Source: Phyllosticta citribraziliensis (lineage: Eukaryota). From it: a stretch of 64,000 nt of DNA. Below the pieces are notes generated by a model. That model was not told the origin of the DNA. It ran no database searches and saw only the letters and a list, made by a program, of their open reading frames with translations. A program made the position numbers and the translations under genes. Where the stretch lies: NCBI RefSeq assembly GCF_038025025.1, contig NW_027117338.1:2108001-2172000 (forward strand), written 5' to 3'. Below, one piece after another: positions 25,000-35,424 of the stretch (its first letter is position 1; every line of letters begins with the position of its first letter).

Positions 25000-26016
25000 A
25001 TGAAGTTGGCTGACAAGGACCTCGGCTTGCAAGAACTCGTGTCAATTGTTTTCTATTGTCTTGTGGGCACAGGGGTCATAGTTCACTGGATTCACGTCTG
25101 GCTAGGCAAACCGGACTATCGCGTGCGGGAGTTGGAAGCTCGGTTGCGGTCTCTGGAGGAGGGCGATAGGATCCGTGACGTAAGACTACTACCACTATTA
25201 TGGCAGTCTTTTGGCTTCGTTCTTCCTCGTTTTGTCCGTTTGTTGTTCCAGAGGCACACTTTGAGACTAACGACGAGACAACAATAGAAATTCGCACTGG
25301 CCAGCATGGGCGGCTTTTCGCAGTCCGTCTCGAGCAGCCGGCGAGGCTCGACGACGGCTTGCAACACAGTCGCCGGCGGCAACAACTCCATCTTCGCAGA
25401 GTCTGTGTTCCAAACGCCGCCGTTGAAGCGCCTCCGTGCAGACTCGTACTTTTCCCAGCATGGTCCGCTGTCGGAAAACGTCTCGCCGCGCGATACGACG
25501 CCACCGCCGCTGGCCTTTCCCAAACCTCCTCCTCCGTCGAAGGTCAGCCAGCCGCCGTCGCCTCTCTGCCGAAGCCCCGTTTCTCCCACCACCGCTGGAG
25601 GGGTTCCTGGCCAAGCTTTGTCCTCTCCAGAGACTCCGTACAACAGCGGCAGCACCGTGGTGGCCGCGCCTGCGCTCAACCCACCTGCTCCCCTGAGCAC
25701 TTCGAGCAACGACATCACGTCCCCTCGTGGTCGCCACAACAACAGCAACAACAACAACGCCGTCAGCGACGTCTTTGACGCAGCATCATCAGCAACAACA
25801 TCTCTCGGGGCGCGTCCCCCGTCTACGACAGCGCCCGGCACAGGCAGCAGAAACACGTCGCGCTCACGCTCGCGCTCGTCGTTCCGCTCCCACCACCCTC
25901 ACCGCTATGGCTTCCACTATCCACACCTGCCGCACCTGCCGCCTGTCAACTCGGGCGCGGATAATCGCGTCGGCCACATGGCCGGCATGGTCGGGCCCGG
26001 TCCTCTGTCTGACTGA
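25000..26016 (+). CDS. Hypothetical single-pass membrane protein: TM helix, short coiled coil, long Ser/Pro-rich tail; intron 25180-25287
   Basis: A GTAAGA...CTAAC...ATAG intron joins ORF 24982.. to ORF 25306..26016 in frame. ATG at 25000 has A at -3. The start is uncertain. Confidence 0.55.
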
Positions 26017-27057
26017 CCTTGACTTTCTTGGGTCTTGTCGTCGCCCCATGCCGCGCGCGGTCGTGGTAAGGCAGTCTGTCTGTTTTCGTAACAGCGCCGG
26101 GCGCGTGGAGCCGAGGTCAAGATGAGGTCGTGAGTTGCTGTTGCTGGCGACGGTGGTGGTGGTGTCGAAGGATGCGGCGTAGTTGATGCACATCGCTTAT
26201 GCTTGCTTTACTTATGGCTAGACTGCCGTACGAGCGGACGGGCGAGGGATTTCTCCGCATTTTCTTTTGTGTTTATGTGGTTTCTTGCAAAGTCAAGTAC
26301 ATTTTCTCCTCTCCTTTCTGTCTCCTTTTGCGTCCTTCTTTTCGGTACATCTGTCATGCGGCAGGCTTGCAGGAGCAAGGGTAGGAGCAGCGCCAGAGGA
26401 GATGTAGAAGGGGAGCGATTATTGTCAGGATCAACTGCGTTGATCGGGGACAGAAGGGGGATTCGACACGCCAGGCAGGCAGCAAGCTAGCGGGCTCTCT
26501 TTCGTTGCCGAAGATTGGACGGAGGATTGTCGAGAAGTACAGATGGAAGTCGTGAGGTGGGCCGTGAAATACATGGTGGCGAGTTATGAATAGAGCAACA
26601 GCAACACGTCTTGTCAACCTTTCCGTCGTCGCGTAGTCCAGAGACCAACCATGTCTGAGCCTTCAACACACGAAAACGCATTCCACCACTGGATTTGAGA
26701 TTGACCAGCAGCCGTGAAAATAACATTCGCCATGTCTTCTTTGGTACTTTCATCTTTTTATTCATTCTTTGCTCATGCATGCAGCATTCTATCCCAACGC
26801 TAAATCCACGCATGCTATGCAGGTGGCTCGGCCCAATCTAGTCGGTATAGTACAGATGTGTGAAGGTGTTAAATGCAAAAGAAACAAAGGGAAATGATTT
26901 ATGGGGTGCAGTCCTCCATCACCCTCATATAATGATTCGTTTCTTTCATTCTTTCGTTCTCCTTCACTTCCCTTCTCCTTCCCGTTTGTCTGTCTCGTAG
27001 GGACCCATGACATATTCAACTCCACTCAACCCCTCTCCTCAGCGAGTTCAGCGCGAC

Positions 27058-27838
27058 TTAGTAGCCGCCAAAGCCAGCGCCGGGCGTCGGCGTCGGGAAC
27101 GCGCCGGGGGTGCCGAACGGCGGGGTGCCAGCAGGGGGCGTGCCAACCGGGGGCGTGCCGACGGGAGTGCCGATGGGAGCCGTGCCAAAGTTCAGCGCAG
27201 GCGTGGGGTAAGGGGTGGCGTAGGGGGTAGCGAGAGGCGTGCCGGGCGTCGCGAGAGGAGTGCCGATGGGCGTTCCAGTGGCGCCGGCGGCGAGCTGACC
27301 GTTGTTGCAGCTGCGTGGGAGCGTTAGCAGTGTTTTCATGGATCAAAATTCGGAGAGAAAAGGATCGATGTGAAGGGAAGGTGTTCTGGCCCTTGGGTGG
27401 GGCATCTGTTGTTTGGGGTATGGATTGGGGGATTGGTAGGGGGTGTGGGGTGGGCCAGGGGGCCGTCATGTCGCAAGCAGAGTGAGGGCAGTGGCCTGAG
27501 AAATGGACTGGGCCAGACCATGTCGGCCAAAAGGTTCGGCGGCCGGCACGGCCCTCAACTCAAATCACTGCTCCCCCGGCTCGTGCGTGTTTGAGAAAGA
27601 GAAAGCTTCTTTGGACGTACATCCAGATGCTAGGGTCGTAGCACTGGGCGTTGCAGTGCTGGAACTGTCTGCCGTTTTGGATGGGGCAGAGCACCTTGTC
27701 CTCAAAACAGGTCCAGGTGCCGCTCGCGTAGGGGACGCCGCCGCAGGTGCCAGAGCTGTTTCCGGCCTGGCGGACCTTGTGGAGAGGGCCAGCGACGGCC
27801 GTGGCGGCGAGGAGGGAGAGGACGGTGAAGAATTGCAT
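27058..27838 (-). CDS. Small secreted protein (156 aa): signal peptide, 6-Cys CBM52-like beta-1,3-glucan-binding module, G/A-T-P repeat tail; intron 27311-27620
   Basis: MQFFTVLSLLAATAVA signal peptide; CGGVPY...TCFEDKVLCP..NG..QHCNAQCYDPSIW|ICNNGQL. GTACGT donor, GCTAAC branch site and CAG acceptor give an in-frame join. Confidence 0.8.
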
Positions 27839-30241
27839 GATGATTGAGTTTTGAGATATGAGTGTTGGTTGGACTTGGAGTGTGGAACGAAGGACGTTGG
27901 TGGTTGTAGTAGATGAGTGATTGAATGATAGTTGGAATCTGATGTGTACTCTGACATCCTATATACACCTACGGTCATACATGTCTTGGTTCTGTTCCCC
28001 AGTTTAGACCTGGTGCCACTAGACGGACGGCCTTGAAAATCGCTGTCATCGGCCGAAGACACGGCCGCGCTGGGGTTATGGCCAATCCACATGAGGAGAG
28101 TGAAGATGGCCCCGGTATTTCCTCAGCTGCTCACCTCTGGCCTGGTTTCGACCTGGCGCGGCGAATACATGAAAGGCAGTGCCCTGGTCAGCATGTCTAC
28201 GGAGAAAGTAGTGGAGAAGGCAACTGTCCACGACAGCACAGTTGAACCATGGCCAATCAGCGGCGCTGTGAGGCTCTTCGGCGTCCGGGCTGTGCGGCTG
28301 CCTCGCGACAGACATGGCAAGCGTCTCTTCAAGTGACGTCGTTGGCTTTTGGCCAGAAGAAAGTTGGTGGTTAGGTCGAGGAAAAGTGGCGAGGTGGGTA
28401 CGCGGCCTGTGGTGCCGTCTATTTTTGACGCGGGTGTGGCGGTGAGTGGCGGTGCGCTGTCCGGACGATTTTCAGTCGCCCATCGTCACCCGTGGTCCTC
28501 GTCTTTGGTCACGAGCGACCGTGGTCTGCAAATGACGTTGGATACCGAGAAAAAAGGCTGGGCTTGGTGGGCCGCTGGTGGAGGCGATGATTTGGCCCGC
28601 CTTCCCCGGGCCGACGACAACTTGGTCGAGAGAGAGACATGGTGTCGACCTGAGGTGCCTGATCAAAAGTCGTTGCCTTGGCCGTCCATCAGTGGGTGTG
28701 CTTCTGAGCCTCAGAAATTGCGTGTCGCGGTGCTGCTGACTTCCAGGATCACTGCGCCTTGTCAGCCTTTGAGAAACGAGGCCAGCCCGGCGACATCAGA
28801 ACCTGTCTCTGTGAGGACGCTCGACCATGCTCCGCTTCTCGTCGGCTCAGACCAGGACGAAAATACAAATATCGGGAGATTTGTTCATGCAGCTCGACGC
28901 TTGAGAAGATTTGTGCCGACTCGAGCTGATGGCCTGAGGCTCGCTGCAGCTCTTTATTACCTTTGCCAGGGTGAGTAGCGGCCTGGGAGACGTTGCTGGT
29001 CCTGTCGTGTTACTGGAAGCTCCTCGTGCAGAGATGCCACATGCGACCAGTCCCGAGGTTGCTGCTTGAGTCCGGATCTGGCCTTTTCGAACGGCCGTTG
29101 TTGCCATTGTCGCCATGCGGTCCGGGGAAGAAGCCAAGATGCCCATGGCGGATTCGAGAAAGCTGTCAAGCGAGTGAAGCGCAGAGGCTGTGCGGGTTTC
29201 TGGACCATCATTGCCCGAGTCGTCGAATTGAGCTTTCGCTTGGAGAGGCTGGCCATGGGAGGTTTAAGTTCACACCCCTCGTCACAGGGCAGACGAAACC
29301 CCTTGCACTCGACCTGAGGTGGGAACCGCGCATCCCTGTCTGTGCAACAACCAGCACAACATACGCCGCAGTCCAAGGTCGCAGCGTCACAACAATCACC
29401 CACAGAGCTTGACCAGACCACGGCCGCCCCGTCCCTGCAGGCGCTGCTGTCCCGCTGCGACTCCATCGACAGACGCGAAGTGACCGGCGTTTCCGAGGAC
29501 CGCTCCACAGCACCAAGTTGAGCCTGCGCCTGTGTGGCTCTCCAGACGTTTATATCCATCACCAAAATCAATGGCGGCCCTCGGCAGAACGGCACTGGCG
29601 TCTCGAGGCGCGGGCCGGCGGGAAGGTAGCGTCTGATTTCCGCACGGCACGCCTTTCGAGGCTATGCACAGTCATAGATTCATAACCTTATATCTACTCG
29701 CCTGGGTCCGCCGGATGGCGCTTTTGCTCCTCCTGTCTTAGTCCGCCCCATGTGCCCTCCGGAACGAGCAACTGTACGTTACACTTGTGCAGAATCTGGT
29801 TCGGTAAGCTTATACATTCTTTCCCAGAACATCAGGAGACGCCCACGGTCATCAGCGCTAAGGGATGCGTGCGTGCATTGACTCCCTTTGCAGCGATTCC
29901 TGACGGCCCATCCGTTGCGCGCGAGCACTGCCAGACCCGCAAGACCCATATACTCCCCCGCAATCCTCCAATCGTCCGGCCTCGCGTCCAATTGCTCTCC
30001 TCAAAAGTCATTACACTCTGCGACAGCCACTGCCCGTTTGAGCCGTCAGCTTATGCCCCCTCCAGGTCCTCTTCGCCCATGCCGCGCGAATAAGGGCTCA
30101 TCTGGCGTACCACCAAGACCCATAAATCAAGCATCGCAACGGCAAGACGAGAGCGGGGTCAAAGGGCCATAAACTGGAGGCAATCACCGGTGTACAAGAG
30201 GATAGAACCGCGAAGCCCGCGCTCTCAACTCTGGAGCATCC

Positions 30242-31006
30242 ATGCATCCCGATAGCTCGTCGTTTACGGCCCTCAACATAGCTGGGTCCGCCGTACCAGA
30301 ATGGATGGGCTATTTCACCTTGTCCGCGCAGCCTAATACCGACCTCTGGCGCAAACCGCCGCGCAATGACACGTCTACGGCCCCCATTCTATACACCGCC
30401 CTGCGCAACCCTTTCATAGCCGCTGAGGTGACGGTATCGGCGGACTGGCAGCTCGAATGGGATCAGGCCGGCCTCGTTATATTTGCAGGATCACCTCCAG
30501 GCCGAATCGACAGCTCCAGTCCGTCGCCTCTTTCAAACGATCAGCAACAATCCCCGCAACCGCAACCTCAACCTCGACCGCCACAGCAAAACGCCCCTCC
30601 ACCCGCCTACACGTCTGCTGAGCCCGCTCCCAAATGGGTCAAGCTCGGCCTCGAGTTCAGGAACAATGAGTGCCACGCTACGTCAGTCTGTGCTACGTCT
30701 GATGGGGCAGATTGGGCCATGACGGCGCTGCCGCCCAGTCGCACGCGCCGCGCCGACCTGCGCGTCAAGATGGAGCGCATCGGCTACGCCCTGTGGCTGT
30801 GGTACGAAGACGACCACGGTGGCTGGAAGAAGCTGCGCGAGGTGACGTGGTTCTTCTGGGGCGTCGAGAGCAAGGCGGTCCGAGTTGGCGTATACGCCTC
30901 TCGGCCGGCAAACCTAGCCGCGTCGCTGTACGAGCGTCAACATGGCGGTCCAAGAGTGACGCAACGCAACTTGGTGGTGGAGTTTGAGGGGCTTGAGATA
31001 TTCTGA
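30242..31006 (+). CDS. DUF1349 (Ree1-like, concanavalin-type fold) protein
   Basis: PNTDLWRKPP, WQLEWDQAGLVIF, KWVKLGLEF, LREVTWFF, VGVYASRP. Confidence 0.85.
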   Translation: MHPDSSSFTALNIAGSAVPEWMGYFTLSAQPNTDLWRKPPRNDTSTAPILYTALRNPFIAAEVTVSADWQLEWDQAGLVIFAGSPPGRIDSSSPSPLSNDQQQSPQPQPQPRPPQQNAPPPAYTSAEPAPKWVKLGLEFRNNECHATSVCATSDGADWAMTALPPSRTRRADLRVKMERIGYALWLWYEDDHGGWKKLREVTWFFWGVESKAVRVGVYASRPANLAASLYERQHGGPRVTQRNLVVEFEGLEIF

Positions 31007-31610
31007 GGAGTCGTGTTGTCCTTGGCATTCTTTCTCGTCGTAGCGTTCTAGCTTGCCGTGGGGGTCTCTAGTTTGGCGTTATCTGCGCTCTGCTTGGAAA
31101 ACAAGGTGTCTTTGGATGTTACTGCTTTTGCTTCCAAATTACCAGTGGCCTGTTCTGCTGGAATTGCGAACTACTAGGGACTCACGGTCAAGATGAAAAG
31201 AAATTAACTCTGTCATCTTTTTTCAAAGTGGTTTTCGAAAGGGCAACTGCTCGACACTACGTCTAGACTTCGGGAGCTGTTGTCCTCTACTATGACTGAA
31301 TGTGGAATCCGTCGCCCACAACTATTCATACGCCAGCGGGACTGTGATTCAACACCGGGAAGATGAGCTCAGGGAGCCGACATATTCTCTCAACACCTGC
31401 TGTGGTCTATTTCTACCCTCATATCAATCTACTTCATCATCTAGTCCATTCAAATCTACAAAGATAGCTCGCTTCATGAAGTCTCATTGGCCTGACAATT
31501 CGGAGTCTACTGGTTTTCTTTGACCGCTTCTAATTTTGACTAAGGCATCAAGTCCTAAACTACACCCTCCTTCCGCTTCGCCTAACAAAAAGAGAACAAC
31601 AACACAAAGC

Positions 31611-31800
31611 AAAAAGCAAAATGGCAGAACGTTAGCGAAGGCCAGAGTTGAACTCTGAACCTTCGCTACCGTCCCCCAGCCAAGTACTCATTATTAGACA
31701 ACCGAAGTTGCCGAGTACCCATGAGCAGTGTTCAGGTTTGCGTTTCCCAGGCTAGGATAACATCCGCAAGCTCTTACTCGTCGTACCGGTGCCTTGGGAT
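31611..31800 (-). ncRNA. Candidate structured ncRNA (~190 nt), probably Pol III-type, class unassigned
   Basis: TATATAAA at 31825-31818, an internal GAGTTCAACTC B-box-like motif and T4/T5 runs at the 3' end. Stems include C(UUCG)G and a 9-bp TAGCGAAGG/CCTTCGCTA helix. The G-U pairs work only on the minus strand. Confidence 0.6.
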
Positions 31801-32292
31801 TGAATTCGCTTTTTGGGTTTATATAGGCAATAAATTGGTCACTTGATTTCGCAGTGCAGTCTGAGCTTGAACCCTTCTTGTGTCCATCCACTGTTAGTAC
31901 TCTTGAAATCGATGCCATTCCGCTCCTGCTACCATGTAGGCGTATATTTTGTCACGCCCAGTGTTGTACCTGGTGCATGGTCACTCTCACCTGCACTGCA
32001 GTCCATGACTTTGGCCAACGGATGACTTCCATTTGTAGCAAGTCTAGCAGCACACGTCATCCAATTGTCTCTCTCACAGGGCAGCATTATCAGTTCACTG
32101 TCCTCATGACTGTTAGCCCGTTCAGAAAGAAAGCTGGCCTTGATCGGCGAGGCCCTGCTACCTCTTATCTCCCACATTGACGGCAAGCAACCCAGACACT
32201 GCGGTCCACCACCAAGTTTCTGCCAAATCTCTTTACACAAATCCCTCAACCTGTTGTTCCTGAAATCACTTTCTACACTCTTGATATCAAAG

Positions 32293-33459
32293 ATGAGATT
32301 CAGGACGCTACGGCTTTGGCATATCCTGCTGTCCCTCCTCCTGCTCCCTCTTTTCGCCGCTCTGGCCGTCTCGCTCTACCTGCTCCCCTTCAACAACACG
32401 ATACCCTCAAGTCTCTCACCTCGAGATGATCACAACATGAGCAACAGCTGGAACGACTCTCCAAATCTATCCGACAGCCCCTCCAGCGTCGAGAGCAATT
32501 GCAGTACACATCCAGGGCCAACAACCATAACAGCGCCCACCTCTCAACCCAGCGCCCCATCAGCAATTCCCCAATGCCTCTTCAACGCCACCGCCTGCGG
32601 CGCCATCTTCTCTCTAGTCCAAACTTGCCACGACGAGCTCTTTCCTCCCACCGCCGACAGCGGCAGAGCGGACGACCCGGGCAAAAGCCTCACCATCTCG
32701 CCCACCAACCCGGCGCAAGCGGCGCGGTTGCGCTCCTGCATCTGCTCTCCCTCCTCGTCTCCGTCCTCGGCCGCGGACAAAAACGCAGCCTGGAGCCACT
32801 GCCAGTCCTGTCTGCACAACGACCTTCACGCGTCGCAGGCCAGCCTCGTCGCGCAGACGCGCGCGCTGCAGCGCTTCTGCCGCGCGCCTGGCGTCCCGGA
32901 CGCGGTGGGCTGGCTGCGCGGGTTCGAGCTGTGGATTAGAGAGCTCGCGCCGTGTGCAATAGGCGGCGATGGGAGTGGAAGACGTGTCTTGAGCGGCGGC
33001 GTGACGGGCGTGTTGAGTATGACGGCAACGACAACAGGCGGCGTCACTGCTGCCCAGCAGACGCTGACTTGGTCGTCATCGACGACGAGGACGACGACGA
33101 CAGAGGAGGGTGGGACGCACACGGATGCCCCGGCCGCCAGCGCTGTGACGAGCGTCTACTGGGCTGACGGGCTGACGACGCTGCTCATTGTGATGCCTGC
33201 GCCCTCATCCTCGCCCGCGGGCGGATCCACAGCTGAGCATATGCCGAGCGGAGCTGCCTCTTCATCCTCTCGCTCTACCGCTGACAGCACGGCAGCCGCG
33301 AGTACGGCTGCGGCTACGACAACGACGGCGGCAGAGCAGGCCAGTGCAGCGGTCAGGGGATTCCAAGCACCGCCGGTTGCATACGGAAATGTGGCGTTTG
33401 TGGTGGGTGTGGGAATGTTCTTTGGCTTGGGAGTTGTGCGGTTGGTTTTGGATTGGTGA
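32293..33459 (+). CDS. Secreted or membrane-anchored Cys-domain plus Ser/Thr-rich protein (possible GPI or TM anchor)
   Basis: N-terminal hydrophobic segment, Cys pattern C..C..C..CIC..CQSC..C, a Thr/Ser/Ala-rich stalk and a C-terminal hydrophobic tail. Confidence 0.75.
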   Translation: MRFRTLRLWHILLSLLLLPLFAALAVSLYLLPFNNTIPSSLSPRDDHNMSNSWNDSPNLSDSPSSVESNCSTHPGPTTITAPTSQPSAPSAIPQCLFNATACGAIFSLVQTCHDELFPPTADSGRADDPGKSLTISPTNPAQAARLRSCICSPSSSPSSAADKNAAWSHCQSCLHNDLHASQASLVAQTRALQRFCRAPGVPDAVGWLRGFELWIRELAPCAIGGDGSGRRVLSGGVTGVLSMTATTTGGVTAAQQTLTWSSSTTRTTTTEEGGTHTDAPAASAVTSVYWADGLTTLLIVMPAPSSSPAGGSTAEHMPSGAASSSSRSTADSTAAASTAAATTTTAAEQASAAVRGFQAPPVAYGNVAFVVGVGMFFGLGVVRLVLDW

Positions 33460-33823
33460 GGCGCTAAGGGGAAGTGGCGATTTCTTTTCTTCAAAGGCGG
33501 TTGTCTTTTCATGGCAAAGGGCCGGTCAAGCATGGCGAGTGGCGGATGGAGACAGTGACACGACAGGAGGGTATCCTGTCGCGTCAAATGGAGTTTGCTC
33601 ATTGGGCTTTCGAGGTCTCTACTCACTGCTTCTGGGTAGTCCATTTCTTTCTTCTGGCGAGAGCCAGGGTGTAGGATTTATCATACAGACCATCATTCAT
33701 ACCACGTGCTCCTCCTCGAAGATGAAAACGAAAGATTGCTCAAGAATGCTCACACCGTCGCTAAAGTGCTGCAAACGCCGTCGTGTGTAGGATATCAGAG
33801 AAAGTAGAGCAGGCTAGGTTGTT

Positions 33824-34948
33824 TCATCTTCTTTTCTTCGTCCACGTCTTGATGAAGTCCGCCTTTTCTTTGACTCCAAGCCCCACCCTCTTCACTCTTC
33901 CCAAGCGCGCCAAGTCCTCGCCGACGCGGTCCAGCACCTTCTGTTCTTCGGCCGATAGTTCTCCGTCAGCATCTCCGTTTCCTAGCAGTGAGCCATCGAG
34001 CCCATTGGTTTCGGTATAGTCTCCTGAGCGAGGGCTGAGGTCCCGGCCACTAGCAGTTGCCGATTGCTTGGAGGAAGCGCTGGTGTTGAACACGGCCTCT
34101 GCAATGCGGACGCGGATACAGTGGGTTGGCTTGGAGCAGAGGTTCCACAAAAAGTCAAAGTACGTTTGGGGAATGGGTGTCGTGACATCCCCGGGAGAGT
34201 ATCGCAACGACAAAGGAAATATCTTTGTCCTTGCCGGTACCGTGAGCAGACTGGGGCTGAAGGGCAAGATTCCACGTCCATTGGTCGTAGTGCACTCTGG
34301 CCAGACCACGATGCTCGTGTCGGGGTTTTGCGCGATCAAGGCTGCCAAGGTAGTGAGCTTGGCATTTGGAGGCGGCTGGGTAGTTGGCGGCGCGAGTGCG
34401 TGAAGAAAGGCGCGAAAGAGGTTGACGCGCTCGACCAGGCGGGTGTTGGGATACGAGATTGTGAATACCGGGTCAAAGATGGCCGCCAGGTACAGGGCAT
34501 CGAGAGGCGAGGTAAAGGAGGACGCGATGACGGTTCCAGAGGAAGGAAGTCGGTTCTTGTGGTGTTTTGCCAGCGAACTGCCATCACGTCAGTTGGAGTG
34601 ACAAGGCGCATGAAAGAAGATGTCATACCCCCGTCTCACGCCGTCAATTTGAAGGTCAATCCACCAAACACCAGGGATCCCCAGTATCAACCATAGCGCA
34701 GCCTTTCTTACCAGCAGGCCCACAGACAGCCAGCTTAGCAAGAGAAAATATATAGCGGAAGCTCCCAGCAGTAGAGGTAGTCGGCACGCGAACAGGAAAA
34801 CGTGCAAGGGAAGCGCGATTCCGGACGGGTCAGGGCGAACGGGGAAGAAGGGCGCGATGCCAGAGCCTGTGCTATCAGTAAGTGAGCTGTCGTCGCGTGC
34901 GCAGCTGAAAGACGCACCTCGATCGCGATACTGGGAGTATTTCTCCAT
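33824..34948 (-). CDS. LOA1: Lysophosphatidic acid:oleoyl-CoA acyltransferase Loa1/Vps66 (3 exons)
   Basis: MEKYSQYRDRG|SGIAPFFP N-terminus, FTSPLDALYL, WPECTTTNGRGIL, LARLGRVKRVGLGV. Confidence 0.88.
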
Positions 34949-35424
34949 GGTGGATAGTGGCAGATGTCGAAGTCGTGGCGTGGCGGGCGCTCTTCGATGA
35001 GACTAGACAGAGCGCAACACGCTCCTCTGGGACAGGCTGGCGTCGAGGCGAGCGCGCGGCTGGTTCCTGGAGGGCGAGGGCACAGAGGCGTTCAAGTGGC
35101 CAGGATGGTGACGCATGTGAAAGCGTCGGTTCTGCCGGCCGGGGTTCCTTCGCCGCCTCCGCATCCGCTCAGGTTTTTCCGCTCCGAATGTTTTGGCCCG
35201 CCCTGGCGTCCTGTTTACGCTCCGCCAACTCTGGGATAGCAACCAGCCATTGCGCCAACCAGTGATCCTGCCCTTCACGTCAATCGTCTTGCTGCTCGTT
35301 GCGCCCACCATCACCGCCGCGCCCTGCGAATTCCTATCGAACCCTTGCGATGAGAAGGGCATAGCTCGTTTTGTATTCCCGCGTCCTTGTCGTCTACTCC
35401 CTCCGTCGCATTGCTTCCTTAGCC

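Noticed and set aside
28349..29650. ORFs between the CBM52-like gene and the DUF1349 gene
   Set aside because: No recognisable domain, codon bias or consistent exon structure.
31632..31670. tRNA gene (T-arm-like GTTCAACTC)
   Set aside because: The T-loop is only 5 nt, and no D arm, anticodon arm or acceptor 5' strand can be built. Kept as an unassigned ncRNA candidate instead.
31735..31775. Hammerhead ribozyme (GAAAC next to a stem)
   Set aside because: No CUGANGA core and no NUH cleavage triplet in the right place.
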